Numbered from the whole stretch's first letter, positions 50,861 through 63,237 are shown. The stretch: 63,237 bases of DNA, filler included, from Choristocarpus tenellus KU-1152 (GCA_964200185.2; 10 parts of 10 records of this genome joined end to end with filler, not necessarily neighbours in it); one strand, 5' to 3'. Numbers and translations: made by a program. Notes: generated by a model not told the origin, from the sequence alone.

Positions 50861-53800
50861 TTAGGGCCTGGAGTTCTTGTTGATGCCCACACTGCGTTTG
50901 TATGCCAGCACCTCTTGTGGGGTGATTCGATCCGGGCCCCAGTTGGCACTGCTTCCTCTCTTGGCGTACCTTTTTCTATTCGCCTGGCAGTGACAAAAAG
51001 AGGTAGTGCATTGTGTGGGGCTACAATAACACTGTACTACTACAAACACCTTTCTCATATCCAATCTTCCCAATACCCCGTACCTCATCATATTCAAGTC
51101 AGCGACACCAACCTACGTAAGGGAATGATATACTTGCTCTCAGCAAGAAAGGCAATGCGTAAGAGGCAGTGAGTGGCCTTCTGAACTTATTAGAGATATT
51201 TCAATGTACCCAACGCTCCTAACCTACCACTCTCAGTCTTACCCTTCACGGAGGATGCTCCCTATCCCCCCCTCCCCCACCTTCAACTGTGTGCATCACT
51301 AAAACCATTGAAAACAGTAATATACATGGCCTAGTGTGGCTATACTTTTGCAGACAAAAAAAAAATCCACCCTACAAGCACGTGACCCTTATCAACATAA
51401 CAAATGCAATACAGCACATGCAATAGGTTGGCAGGGAGCACTGAATGTAGAGGCGGTGCAGGGGATACAAAGCAAAGAGTATATTTTCAGGGCATCCTTT
51501 CCCATCCCCTGTCAACACAAATCTGATGCCTTCTGGAGGGGAGAACACCCTACCCCATGCCAGTAGTAGCTTACAGCAACAAAGACGTAAGTTGTGTTTC
51601 GCACAATGGAGACAAGCAACACAGATCGGGTCCCCAAAACAGCCAATGCTGAAGGGCATCTCTTTCATACACAATGGTTGCAGCAAGGGAGGGCCAACTG
51701 TTCCTCAAGGGTGGGCAAACACAAAGATCATTAGTGGTAGAAGAAAAGTGGGAGTGGGGAGGTGAGACGTGTAGGTATGCATACATGGAGCTGAACACCC
51801 TGGAAGCTGAGCAGCTTCAATTGCTGCACTATTACACTATGCATACCTGAAAGATTGCTTCCAGATCACAGCTCAACACCTCAGGGAAGATTGAGTCTGG
51901 GTCAAGTTGTATCCCCGAATATTGCCTCTCCAGTGCCCTCCTCAGTGGTGTTCCACGAGCCCAGTCTGGGACCTGGTACCCCCAAAAACAAGTTGGCAGC
52001 AGAGACAGTTATATTAAGCAGTGCAGTGTCAGGGGAGGGGGATAGGAGAATGAAGGGTGTGAAATGTAAGTGCTACTGCTACCGATGTTTTGCCTTGCTA
52101 GTAGAAAATCACCTGATACTCTTCCAGCTTATCGAAGGGCAGCATCAGCAAACAGTAGGGCCATGGAAATTTGTTGTCCCTTCTGCTAAATTCTAAATTC
52201 AAACAGTGACTGTATTCAATCAAGAGCTACCCATCTGCAACATAGCAGTACCTCTTCAGGAGAGCACAACTAATCTAATAACGGGGCCATTTCTACCGTC
52301 TCCCGGACCATATCAATACCAAACTCTGTTCAGGATAACACAGTACTATTCATTTGCAACACAACACAACCACAACCACAAGCAAGTGTTAGGGTTTCAA
52401 GGAGTGGTTTCTCTCCTCCCTCCCCCCCCTTCATGCTCACCCTCTTTTTGGGACGCTTTTGCCTGGACTCTCCCTCGCTGTCACTCTCATCAGAACTCGA
52501 GCCCTCACGGTCCGACATTTCGTAACTGTTAAACTCCGATGAAGACGGCACCACCAGCACTGAACTTCCAGGTGCCTTTGACCCCGAAACAACTGCACCA
52601 GAACTGGTGCCTGCAATTGCCCCCCCCCCAACACACCCACCACCTCCTATTCCCCCCACCCCTGCCTCGGCCCCGCCCCCCCTTGCAGCCCTCGTCTCTT
52701 CCTCATTCCCAGCTTTGACCTTAGTCGTTGCCGCTGCTGTCACAGTTGCCAATGCCTTCGTAGACGCTGCTGCTGCGAGTGGACCGACAGCTTTGCTGTG
52801 ATGCCAATTGGACGAGGAGGAAACAGATGTAGGCTTGGCAGAATGGTCATGCCCAGTGTTACCACCACCAACCTTGGCAGGGTTGACGACCTGCTGCTGC
52901 AGGGGCAAAGGGGCTTGGTTCCCGACGCCACCTGTCCTAACACTGCCATGCTCTTCTTGTGCAGCCAACTCCCCAGTAAGAGTTGACACCTGTCCATTGC
53001 TCCCTGAGTCACCCCCGCTCGCCGAGTGCTGGTTTCCAATCGACTTTGGTGGCTTGTTTGAAACCTCCTTCTTCATGAGTATGGTCAGCGATGGGGATGA
53101 GTGATGAAGGAATAGAGTTGGCAGAGGTAGGCAAGGTGACAGTGAAAGGAATAGGATACAGGCGGGGGACAGGGGGAACGAGAAGGACTACCAAAAGTAA
53201 ACACACGCCTTCCTACACTCATCTCCTCATAACCTCAACGACAAACAATCTTGCAAGCAATCACTCCTGCGCACTCCTCTTCTGCTGGAGACTAAGATAC
53301 CTATGACCACCAACAAGATAAGACAACAAATAGAATTGAAATTTAATTCACCATTGCCACCACAGCACAAAAGACAACCCCCACCCCCAAGCGACACACG
53401 ACCACTCCCAGGGCACACACCCCAACCTCCCAAACCCCAAACATACCCTCCCNNNNNNNNNNATCCCCACCAAAAAAAAAAAAAAAAAAAAAAAATTAAA
53501 ATTTAAATCACCCTCCCCCCCACACCAAAAAAACCCCCCCCCCCCCCCCCCCCCCCTCCCCCTCTGGTACACCCATAGCAAACCACAAATCACAGACAAC
53601 AGTCTCCCTATCCCCCCAGCAGAATAGTTTCCACTAAACGCATACACCCACCTCCATCGACAGCAGAGGGGGAAATACCACGGATGCCACTTTCTTCCTC
53701 TTCTCCTCCAACTCGTTTCGCTCCTTGGACTCTTCCCTCTCCTTTTCACGCTGTTCTATTTCCCCTCGCCGACGCTCCGCCTCCAAACGTCGCTGTGCAT

Positions 53801-54993
53801 TTTGCTCCTTCAACCGTGCCTCAGCCTCGTGCTTGGCACGTCGAACTGCTTCAATGCGCTCGTCATCCCGCCTCTGCTTCATCATCACCTCCTCCTGCGT
53901 GGTAGCAGCAGGGACGGAGTTTCAATTCAATATCTTACAGATTAGAGGGGGAGAGGGGGAGGGCATAGATACGGTTGAATTTATCGGGGTTTTGTCATCT
54001 CAAGGGAAATCGATTGGGATCCAGGCCTTGGGAAAGGATTGGCAGCAGGGTCATAAACGTCATAGCAGGGAACGATTGTCAGCAAGGGTATCAGAAAGAG
54101 AAGCTCAGGGGTGGAATAAAACCCCCCCAACACACACACTATCAAGAAGTCACTGTACTTCCACGCCCCCAATACTTGCCAACATCACTAGCACCACAAA
54201 CCAACACACTACAAATATGCATAGAACAAAAACTTCAAGTCACAGAGGTGAGGGGGGACGACTCAGCGACCTTCCAAAAACAAACAAAAAAATGCTACCC
54301 CTTTACCACACCTGCTTCCGTTCCTTGGCAGCCTGAATCTGTGCAACACGAGCGTTGCGCTTGCTCGCAATCGCTGCACGTTGCTCCTTAATCCTCTGCT
54401 GCATGTCAGCAGAGGAGGTCATGCTCCCCCTGCGGCCGCCAACACCAAGTGAGGTGGCACCAGACCCCATTACCACTACAGCCTTTCCACCCAAAGCCAT
54501 TACGGCCTTCACACCCGAGCCCGAAGCAGAACCACCAGAAGACACAGAGGCAGTGGTGGAGACACAAGCAGAGGTACCTACCGTTGCTGTGGCTGCCGTT
54601 CCTGCGCTGGACACAGCGTTGGCAGACGTCCCAGGAGCCAAAGCTTGGGGAGCCCCACCTGCTGCGGCTGCTACTGACCCATGCCCATACCTTGGCATGT
54701 GTGTACTCATCGTGGAGGCACCAAGAGCCTTTGACCCCCCAGCAGACTTCAACTCCCCTGCGCTGCTTCCAGTGTTCCCCGACGCCAGCACAGAGCTATT
54801 TGCGAGCCTCTCCCTTTGCACTGCTGCCCTCTCCTTCGCACGACGCTCCACTGCTAACCTTGCCTCCTCGGCCTTTCGCAGGGCCGGGATGTGCACCTTG
54901 TGCCCACCCCCTGCCACCGTTGCGGCGCCGCCACCCCGTTGCAGCTGCGACGATGATGCCCCTCCATCTTCCCCCTTCTGCTGCACTAATGAG
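50861..54993 (-). CDS. INCENP: Inner centromere protein (INCENP), 3' part with Aurora-B-binding IN-box
   Basis: Exons 54312->54986, 53691-53894, 52441-~53070, 51847-51972 and 50861-50983 (stop). Contains E/R/K-rich helical segments, SYEMSD plus an acidic tract, then VPDWARG..LRRALERQ...DPDSIFPEVLSCDLEAIF|..KRGSSANWGPDRITPQEVLAYK, the classic IN-box. The boundary at ~53070 is less certain. Confidence 0.88.
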
Positions 54994-55093
54994 NNNNNNN
55001 NNNNNNNNNNNNNNNNNNNNNNNNNNNNNNNNNNNNNTTAATTAATTAANNNNNNNNNNNNNNNNNNNNNNNNNNNNNNNNNNNNNNNNNNNN
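54994..55093. other. Artificial contig linker
   Basis: 44 N + TTAATTAATTAA + 44 N. Confidence 0.98.
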
Positions 55094-57220
55094 GGAGGGG
55101 ATGGAGGGGACGGAAGGGGATGCAATTGGTGCTTGTTGCAGATTGATTCAAGTGCCCTCCCAAAGTATTCCTTTATTGTTATCATTGTTATTATTATTCT
55201 TTATACAATTCCAAGATTGAGGGTCAGGAAATACGTTACACAAGAAAGTATTTGCTCCAATGGGACACCTTACACATCACATTCAACCAATAGGATGCGT
55301 TCACCGGTCTCTTCCGTGGAGACTTGAATGTTGAAGTGCTGTGATTGATCTCTGTTCAATGCCATGTTCACTCTGTTCAACAAAGCTATCTCCCTGGTTG
55401 CATCTGGTGGAGGAAGACTAGTCCCTAGTATGTGGATGGATGAAATAAACAACACACAATCCATTGTACCAACCATGCTTCATTACCCCCAACCCTAACC
55501 CTAACCCTAGAGTGATTGCCATTGAACGGTGTATACCTAAGCCAACCAATTTGCTTCACTTGCTATCAATTTCTCAATACTTCCTCGAAGCCTTAAGTTG
55601 ATTTCGAATTCTCCCACTTTTATGGAGCACACTTCCATGCTATGGGGGAACTGTTTCATATTTATATCAATGTACTTTGGGGGCTTATTTGAGAATCAAG
55701 AATTTTCTGTCCGTTTCTTTTTTTTTGTTAAACGAGGAACACTAAATTGTCGATTGTAAGACTAGTTTCCAACGGATTTTGTGTGCAGAGATTTGAAGCA
55801 TTTGTCTCACCACCTTCAGATACTATTATTTTTGGCGGCCGGGGAAAAAAGTTGCAGTATAAGAAAAAAGTTGCAGTATAAGAAAAAAGTTGCTCGTCGG
55901 AGCAAGGTTTGATTTTGTAGAGATTGAATGACTTTAATAAAGCGATTATATCCTATGAGCAATAATCAAACGCTGAAGACTGAGGGGGGTAAGTATTGTT
56001 TTGTTTTTTTATTTTTTCTCATGAATGTACTGTGCAGTGAAGATTTTTTGAGGGGAAGGGCACAGCGGAGGATGGGATGGTAAAGACGAGAGGTTGAAGG
56101 TTTGTGTGGAAGAAGTGGGTGTGTGAGGTGTTAAGGGTGCTGGCACAAGGGCAATATATGTTGTAATCTCCTACCTCATCTTTTGATGACGCTGCCCAAG
56201 ATCGGAAGAACCACCTGCACACCAGGAATCGTTCACTGCCTGCTTTCTGGATCATTCAATACTGAGGGATGAGCTAGGTCTGAGTTCGGTCAGTACACTG
56301 CCAAGCAGTGGCTGAGTACTATGCTCTGTGTGGACAGAGGGATTGCACCCATTGCCCTCTCTACTAACATCTATCCTTGGTTGTTCCTGCTCCTTGAGCA
56401 TTTCGCTGAGTGCCCTGGACAGGTACTCCACAGTTGTTAGTGGCTTGTGGAGTCTTCTGTCTTTAACCTCAGGAAGGACTGGTGGAACTCTTTGTCCATG
56501 TCCAGAAGCGGGTCTAAAACCTAAGTAAAATATAATGTGTTGAATGTAATGCCTGCATCTTAAAGGAGTAGGAGTAGGAGAGAAATACGATGATGGTATT
56601 ATGGTTGATGTAGTAGGATGATTCGTTTTCTCAGGATGGAGGCGTGCTTGTTGCCATGGCCCCACAGCTTATGACTAATTGTTTCCATTTCGAACAGGTA
56701 GTAACTATGCATACCCTTGCGATCATTTGCACTAGTACAGCAATGTAGTCTCAGTGAAACTGCCTCATTCCTTTTACGAATGGTGACATTATTCTACTAT
56801 GTGTATTTTAGGAAGAGGTTCTATCAACTAGACACCACAGTTGCACAGGAACGTTCAGCTAGATCATGTCCTCCACAGGCAGCCACAGGCCTCCTCAGGA
56901 ACATCCCGCCTCTGCTATCCTGGCGTAGCCCCCCCTTGGTCATTTGTTCCTTGTGGTACTGGTGGAGCTCCTCCCCATCTTCCCCCCCAGGCAGAGCCCC
57001 CCCAATACCAGTCTTCCTCATGCTGCTCTGGCACTATAGCTGATACCTGACGAATCTTCTTTTCCTCCTCTTTCCTCCCTGGTACAGCCCCTGTGGGGTT
57101 TCCCAGGCACTTTCCTTCTGATGTGTTGCTTGATGAGGGATAAAGGCATGGTAAATGAAGTATATTTCAACCATCCTAGATGATTGTCTCAACCTCTGGT
57201 GTACCACCCTATGGACTTCA

Positions 57221-57479
57221 GAGCCAAAGTATCTTAAGAGGGTAGAGCCGCATCCATTTGAGGGCCGAAATCCTATGTGGCGATTTTGATGTAATTTTTT
57301 CTATTGTGTTTGTTACGAAGTGTCAATATCTATGTTCCGGAGAAACCTTCTCATAACGAATATATTTTACCTACTCCTAAACATTTTGGAGTAGGAAAAT
57401 GTTGTGAAAAAAGTATGGGAAGTCAAGCCCCAAATGGACAAGAAGGGCAAAAGTCGTACCGTCTAAGATACTTTCACTC
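57221..57479. mobile_element. MITE family 1
   Basis: GAGCCAAAGTATCTTA...TAAGATACTTTCACTC with TTCA/TTCA 4-bp TSD. Confidence 0.88.
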
Positions 57480-58354
57480 TTCACTGTGTCTTAGGTGTCT
57501 TGAGGCACATTGTGTGTTGCAGACTGCTGCATAGTAATGGATTCGACCAATGCACAAGGTGACTTCTTACAGTGTGTTTTATTTTCGGAAGAGTGACTTA
57601 CAGGCAAGTTTTTGTTGGATACAAAATGAGCTCCTTTCAGGGATGCAATGCAAAGTAGTTGGTTGAATTTCTCTATATTCTAGTGTTGTAAAAGTCTATT
57701 GTCCGACCTGCACCAGACCAAAAAAGGACAATAAGTTCACCTGGTACTGTCAAACCTCGACCGTAAGACTCTATCAAATGTTCCTTGTTAGCGGATGGAT
57801 ACAACTGTTAGATATTTCACCATTGTTCAGTGGAGGATTGTTTTAACCATTCCCTTACATTGCGACATGCCCTGCCCTGTCGGGCATTGCCTTCTGAGTG
57901 TTCAAGACGTTACATGGAGTAACATTTTCAGCGTAAAAAATCAGGGGGGGAGATGCAGGCATGCACACAATAATTGAGCGCAATTGCAAGTTTATTTGCT
58001 GATGTGAAAAGAGTAGAATGTAGTATGCTGTAACAGGATAACTTGTATCATTGACAGTACCTCAAGGTAACACCATGATATAGTACACGAGTAGGTCTGT
58101 ATAATCAATGGTCCCTCCCCACCTTGTACTGTCCTACTGGTGCAACTGGTTGACCGTTTTCCTACATTAAGAAGGTACCCAAAGTGAACACGCTCTTTGA
58201 ATTAACCAACCTTAGTTGAACGGTCACCTTCCCCTCCTACCCCTTCCCCACTGCTATTGTCCCGGTGTGGCTTGCCACCTACCACAAATGAATGTACAAC
58301 AAATTAAACTGGTTGGACGCGAACAACACAACCAGGCTCATCGATTATGTACAG

Positions 58355-58813
58355 GAAAGTGAACCTCAGCTGTGGTCACCTCCTTCACAGTCAACAAATT
58401 CATACTGTAGTAGTCAAAGACCCTCTTATTCAAGATCATATCAGGGAGCAGGGAATACGGGCAGTGGAGAGGAAATGCCCCCCCCCACCCACTCTGATGC
58501 TCACCCCAACTATGCTATGGGTAATAGGGACTCAGGTCCACACAGAGGGTACTGGAAGGGAGAGGGTGAAGTGCTGGTGGGCACTGGGAGAGCTGGACCC
58601 GAACTGGGTTCAGGGATTCCCTCACAGCTTGGGGGAGGGGGAAGGCAGGGACCAGGTCTGGGCATGGGTGTAGGAGACAACTATGTCAGCGGGATGCTCT
58701 TAAGTGCCTCTTCAAACCCGAACTCTAATGCCTCTGTAGGGGATCATCGACAGTGGGGTCAGCAACGAGGTATGGGATGGGGAGGAGGAAGGGGTGAAGG
58801 TGGTGACCATTGA
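58355..58813 (+). CDS. Probable terminal exon of an unidentified gene (Gly/Ser-rich, disordered)
   Basis: A CAG acceptor at 58352-58354 is followed by an open, G-rich 153-codon stretch to TGA. Composition resembles the low-complexity INCENP exons. No recognisable domain and no upstream exons found. Confidence 0.4.
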   Translation, partial: ESEPQLWSPPSQSTNSYCSSQRPSYSRSYQGAGNTGSGEEMPPPTHSDAHPNYAMGNRDSGPHRGYWKGEGEVLVGTGRAGPELGSGIPSQLGGGGRQGPGLGMGVGDNYVSGMLLSASSNPNSNASVGDHRQWGQQRGMGWGGGRGEGGDH

Positions 58814-59414
58814 GGAGGGAAACCTTCTTTATGAGGGGCTGGGTGTATGAGAGGAGGGGAGTGGAACACCAGGTAGCTTGGCCTGCATTTAAAATTAGGA
58901 TTTTTGTATTTGGTGAATATTTTATGGCTGGGCTTGCTGCTATCTTTAGGATGGGTGCTGCTGCTGCTGAAGTTCCTGGATGTTGTTGCCCTGATTGATT
59001 GCTGTTGTACAACAGAACGGCCCCTTATCATTGCAAAACACTTAGAAGGAATGGCACTGAGGACGAAGTTGTGTAGACTTCAGAGGATGTCTGTATCACA
59101 TGTGGGACTGGGTGTCGCTATTTATAGGGTGATTTCTCCTGGAAATGCAACTTTTGAATAATTTTCTAGGAGGCATTGTATATTGATGACTATGTCAACA
59201 GCGAACCAAGAGAGAGGACTAGATTAGACTGTCCTTTATTTACTTTCAATATCAGATGGTAGCCACACTCAGTCTTTTTTGCCCTAAGAGGAGTGACTGC
59301 ATTAGAAAGTGACACCACTACACTATACTTCAGTACTTGGGAGTATTGTTGATGGCTCAGTTATGGTTAGCCGACTAGTGTAAGTCACTTCAGAATGAAA
59401 GCTGTTTTGTGAAT

Positions 59415-59597
59415 GGCTTAAAGTATCTGGGGGGGGGTGGCGGCTGTCCATTTGGGGTCAATTTTTCATGTCGCGGTTTTTGGATGATTTTGTTGCATAC
59501 GTTGGATTGATGATATAAGTGCACTTTTACTGATTTTGACCCAAGTGGACACCCTGATGTAGCCCCCCCCCCCCCCCCCCCACCTCTCTTTGGAGTC
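59415..59597. mobile_element. MITE family 2 (right end degenerate)
   Basis: GGCTTAAAGTATCTGGGGGGGGGTGGCGGCTGTCCATTTGGGGTC... matches the 29243 copy. Confidence 0.8.
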
Positions 59598-59619
59598 GTT
59601 TTTAATCGTGCTTGGACCC

Positions 59620-59719
59620 NNNNNNNNNNNNNNNNNNNNNNNNNNNNNNNNNNNNNNNNNNNNTTAATTAATTAANNNNNNNNNNNNNNNNNNNNNNNNN
59701 NNNNNNNNNNNNNNNNNNN
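59620..59719. other. Artificial contig linker
   Basis: 44 N + TTAATTAATTAA + 44 N. Confidence 0.98.
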
Positions 59720-62700
59720 TTATGAAATGTGATATATGTGTCACGTTAAAAGAGAAGCGGCATGGTGCGCCTGGTGTAAAACCCACGAACGACTCCACCG
59801 TCCTCGAGTCCATCGATAAGGAGCTGTCAGGCCATCGAGGGGTAGGTGTCCAGCGATAATTTTGCAACAAGGGTACAGTGACAACATGTCGCCGTCATTG
59901 CCCTCCTAACCCTAAGTAAATCTGTATCCTTTTGCGAATGAAGACTCCCACATAGGTGTTTATGGCAGCAGCAGTAGCCTCATTCACCGCAAAACTTGCT
60001 GTTATTAGCTACCCAAACACCTTGTACGATAGACTGCTTCCTGGTAGTGTACAACACGTTGTGGGAGGGACAGGTCATGTAGCAGTCTTCCGGCCCGGTA
60101 CGTGCGTACTTCCTACCATCCCGATAACCCTGTGTTTGTCTTGAACGAAGCAATAAAAAACATATCCCAATACAAACATCTATTTCTACCGAGACTACAT
60201 TTTTGTTACTAACTAACCTGATACGTGTTAACAAGCGGCAAATTTGTTTTATAACTCTGAGCTGATTTATTTGATTAATTCACGTGATATTGCTGTCCCC
60301 CATTCGCCAGATTATCCAAGCGGATGGGCTGGTCATCGCCAACAGCACCAGCAGCGCCATGCGGGCCAAAGCCGACGGCAAACCTCTCGGCTTCGTGTTC
60401 ATGTCCGTAGACGCCGCGAACAAGACAGCACACGCCCTCCCAGCACTTTACCCACCTACCCACGGCGGTGACAGGTAACCACACGCACGCATAGTCCATC
60501 CAACAACAACTTTGTAGCCACACGCGGAACAGAATAGAAGACCATGTTTTATTCTACGAATGAGTGCGAAGTCCCAAGAAATAATCGCCAAAACAAACGC
60601 ACATAATTCCACTACCTATTCCTTCATCATGATGACCTTTCTTTACAAGTTCCTTCCATTCATGTCCCCCTTATCAGGGGCTATTCCAAGTGCCAGAAGA
60701 TCATGGCCGCACACATCGAAGGCCAGTTCGCCGAGGTGTTCTTCACTCCTATCAATCTTGGAGGAGCTACGTATTGTGGGTCGTGGTGAACAATCACATG
60801 ACCGAATAGATGCTGGTTGCGCATGCACCACTTGATTTACCGTCGCGGCGAGTGGACCTGCCATAGGGTAAATCCGTAAGGATGAGTACATCCTTACACG
60901 ATGTGCCTACAGATACCGCAGGCCTAGTGAACAGTCGATTAACTGATGATGCGCTGTGCTCCCCTGCCCCCCTACGCCTCACCTTAGGTTTAGGGCGAGA
61001 GTAGCGTAAGAGCTAATCAACGGGTGGTGGAGATCGCAGACATGTACATCAGCCATATGGGTGTATGCCCTGTACATTGCATAAATAAATTACATTACCC
61101 CTCTTTTTAGCTCGAAATAAACAATGCGTAAGTGAGCAGAGTAAGTTTTGCCAACAGTTGCTGAACATCATTGTTCGCGCAGGTTGTAACCTTGTCTGCA
61201 CAGCCACCCACCTTGCCCTCACAAGGCTTATCGACAAGTACCACAACAGCCTCGATGACGCGGGGAATTGCATCATCCAGCACGCGCATTGGCAGGTGAG
61301 AAGGTTTCATCTTGACACGACCTACTCAACACATACTCGCTGAATACCAGTCACCAAGTAACTAACTGCACGGTCTTTAGTTTTGGTTTGTGTGTTAAAA
61401 CCTGCATGTATGATGGCGGTGATGTAGAGATTGCGCTCTAGCAATACTGGAAACCTACCCTGTTCCTCCACGAAACGCGGCGAAATGGGCTGACATATCG
61501 GCCTCACGCCTATCCCTCCCTCGCTTCTAACTCCCCAAACTGGCCAGGTCGACAACTGCGTCTCAGAGAACAAGAACAATTTCTTTCTCGGATACGCGGG
61601 GCTGTTGGTTGCGGCGAGTGTCATTCGTGTGGTTGAGATACATTTTATGATGGTGGGACACACGCACATCAAAATCGATCAGATCTTCTCCAGGTAATTA
61701 GGCAAGATATATATGCAAGTTCGATAGCTACGTAGTGTTTTTATACGGACAGATACTGCCTTGAGGCTTGCAGCTCACGCTTGTTGCATTCCTGGATGGT
61801 TTATGGTTGTATGCTGTAATTGATCGATTGGCTTTTGATTTCCCCACAACAACATTGAACGATAAGAGCATCTGCCAAAACTGTTTCGTAACATACTCTC
61901 GAAACAAAAAAATAGAAAAAAAATGTACGCATCACCCATTTTTATATCTATACTTCCATATAGATGCATCAGAGCATGTGCCTGCATATATATCTTGTTT
62001 CTCCACCTCGCTTTTTTCGCCCCCGCCTCGAAATTAACTTCCTTGCATTTCACCTTCAGGTTCTCACGTGGAATAAAAGGCAAAAACATATTCACAAGAA
62101 CACAGCTGGGTGAAGAGCTGCAGGCCTCTTTCACGGAGGTTCCAGTATACTACAAGACCCTGTGGAACGAGGGCAATTTCAAGGGACTTCTTCGTGGTCG
62201 CGTCAACTGTGTCCCCAACATCACGAGCTACAGGGCTTTTCGCGTTGAAAAAGGCGGTGATGGGCGGGTGAAGGTTAGCGTAAAGTGATACATGCACAGC
62301 ACCGAATGGAGTGGGATAGGCAGAGACCTTGCTATGGACCCCAACGCCCCTGCACACGACCTCTTCATCGGCCACCCGCCTCGTATCCAAGATGCACCAC
62401 CCTACCAGCTCAAAAGTGTTCCCAAAAACGTCATCCTGAAGGTGGAACAGCGGTACCAGGCGTCGCACGAGCGCCTCCCTGCTGCGTACCCACTGGATCA
62501 GTCGATTTTTTCGTGAGGGGAGTTGATAGCTAATTTTGTTATTCGGTGGCAGCCAAAAAAATCAGGTGCAACTTTTGTACGAGGCAGCCTTTACAGTCTT
62601 TAGAAAAAATCTTGAAAAATCTTGCATTCTCATGTGTAGTGATCGTCGCATGTTACAATAAAAAGTACCATAGATTACTCCCATAAATGTTTTGAGGGCC

Positions 62701-63237
62701 CCGGTCTTGTACTCAACAGAGACGATTCCGACGAAATCTACACCCTCCCTCTCACCGCATGCTCCTCGAGCGCATTCGTGAAACCTCACGCCTGGTAACA
62801 AAGTAGCATTCATGCATCCATACCATTGATGTTCTCGTGCTCATGGATTCCACTTTCGCAGACGATGAAGCCGTTCAGAGAGCGAAAAACGAGCAAAGCG
62901 AGTCTGTGCGACTTCTCAAAAAGACAGGGGAACGAGATTTCGACCTCCCAGTCCATTGGCTTCCCACCGATGACGATGGTGCTGGAACTAGCACCAGTAA
63001 TGTCGAAGACAATGACCAGGGCGAACGTTCAAGTGGGGGAGATAATCTCGTCAGCGGTTACAATGATCTCGGCAGGCTCGAGGAAACACACTCTTCCTCA
63101 TCGGACAGTGACAAGGAAAAACCTGGCTCCCGTCAACGGGGTTGGCCTCGTGCTACCTTGACATCGGGGAACCATGGAAGCCTAGTCTCAGTGCGGGAAG
63201 GCAGGTTTGCCTTTTTTGTGGCAACGGAGGCACCGCT
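59720..63237 (+). pseudogene. Intron-containing Sola-like (DUF7869-type) DDD transposase, inactivated
   Basis: Exons <59720-59841 (MKCDIC...H), 60311-60474 (FMSVDAANK...LP), 60678-~60765 (donor damaged), 61183-61295 (GCNLVCT...HWQ), 61548-61693 (VDNCVSENKN...HFMMVGHTHIKIDQIFSR) and 62060-62512 (in-frame TGA at 62286), then further probable exons from ~62719 and ~62862. DNC..ENKN and GHTHxxIDQxFS are characteristic of this transposase group. Confidence 0.8.

Noticed and set aside
53725-55045. Long plus-strand ORFs (203, 228 and 198 aa)
   Set aside because: They are antisense shadows of GC-rich INCENP exons plus intron.
55270-57120. Possible gag-like / LTR retrotransposon remnants on the minus strand
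   Set aside because: The composition is coding-like but I found no diagnostic motif (zinc knuckle, protease, RT, integrase) and no LTR.
7964-59719. Regularly recurring TTAATTAATTAA flanked by N runs (nine times) as a biological repeat, and gene neighbourhood across these points
   Set aside because: The identical 44N+12+44N structure with stops in all six frames is an artificial contig linker. No synteny or 'system' can be inferred across contigs.
1-63237. tRNA, rRNA or other structured ncRNA genes
   Set aside because: None were recognisable by eye; tRNAscan-SE or Infernal would be needed to exclude them.

Overview
This is not one locus. It is a eukaryotic draft assembly in which ten unrelated contigs are joined by artificial 100-bp linkers (44 N + TTAATTAATTAA + 44 N). 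Contigs: 1-7963, 8064-11132, 11233-13964, 14065-18720, 18821-24436, 24537-39323, 39424-48409, 48510-54993, 55094-59619, 59720-63237. The genes are intron-rich with GT-AG splicing, so the ORF track is mostly noise. TTAGGG repeats, a flagellar gene and the gene style suggest a stramenopile, probably a brown alga or relative (inference). Manual exon reconstruction gives five partial host genes: the 3' end of a DExH-box RNA helicase, the 3' half of CFAP100 (CCDC37/38 family), a nearly complete 8-exon AlkB-type alkane 1-monooxygenase with all histidine boxes, a 9-exon glutamyl-tRNA-synthetase-like gene, and the 3' part of INCENP. Mobile DNA includes two abundant related MITE families with 3- or 4-bp TSDs, a spliced but decayed Sola-like (DUF7869-type) transposase, a CMC-type transposase relic and CRE-like non-LTR retrotransposon relics. 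Three candidates stand out. (1) The GluRS paralog has an intact frame and splice sites but has lost its glutamate-binding and KMSKS-equivalent residues, so it is a candidate pseudo-synthetase. (2) A ParB/Srx-domain gene sits head-to-head with a Sola-like transposase N-terminus, separated by a ~270-bp palindrome-containing repeat array. (3) The AlkB is a domesticated, intron-containing eukaryotic copy. All family assignments come from motif recognition by eye, not database searches.
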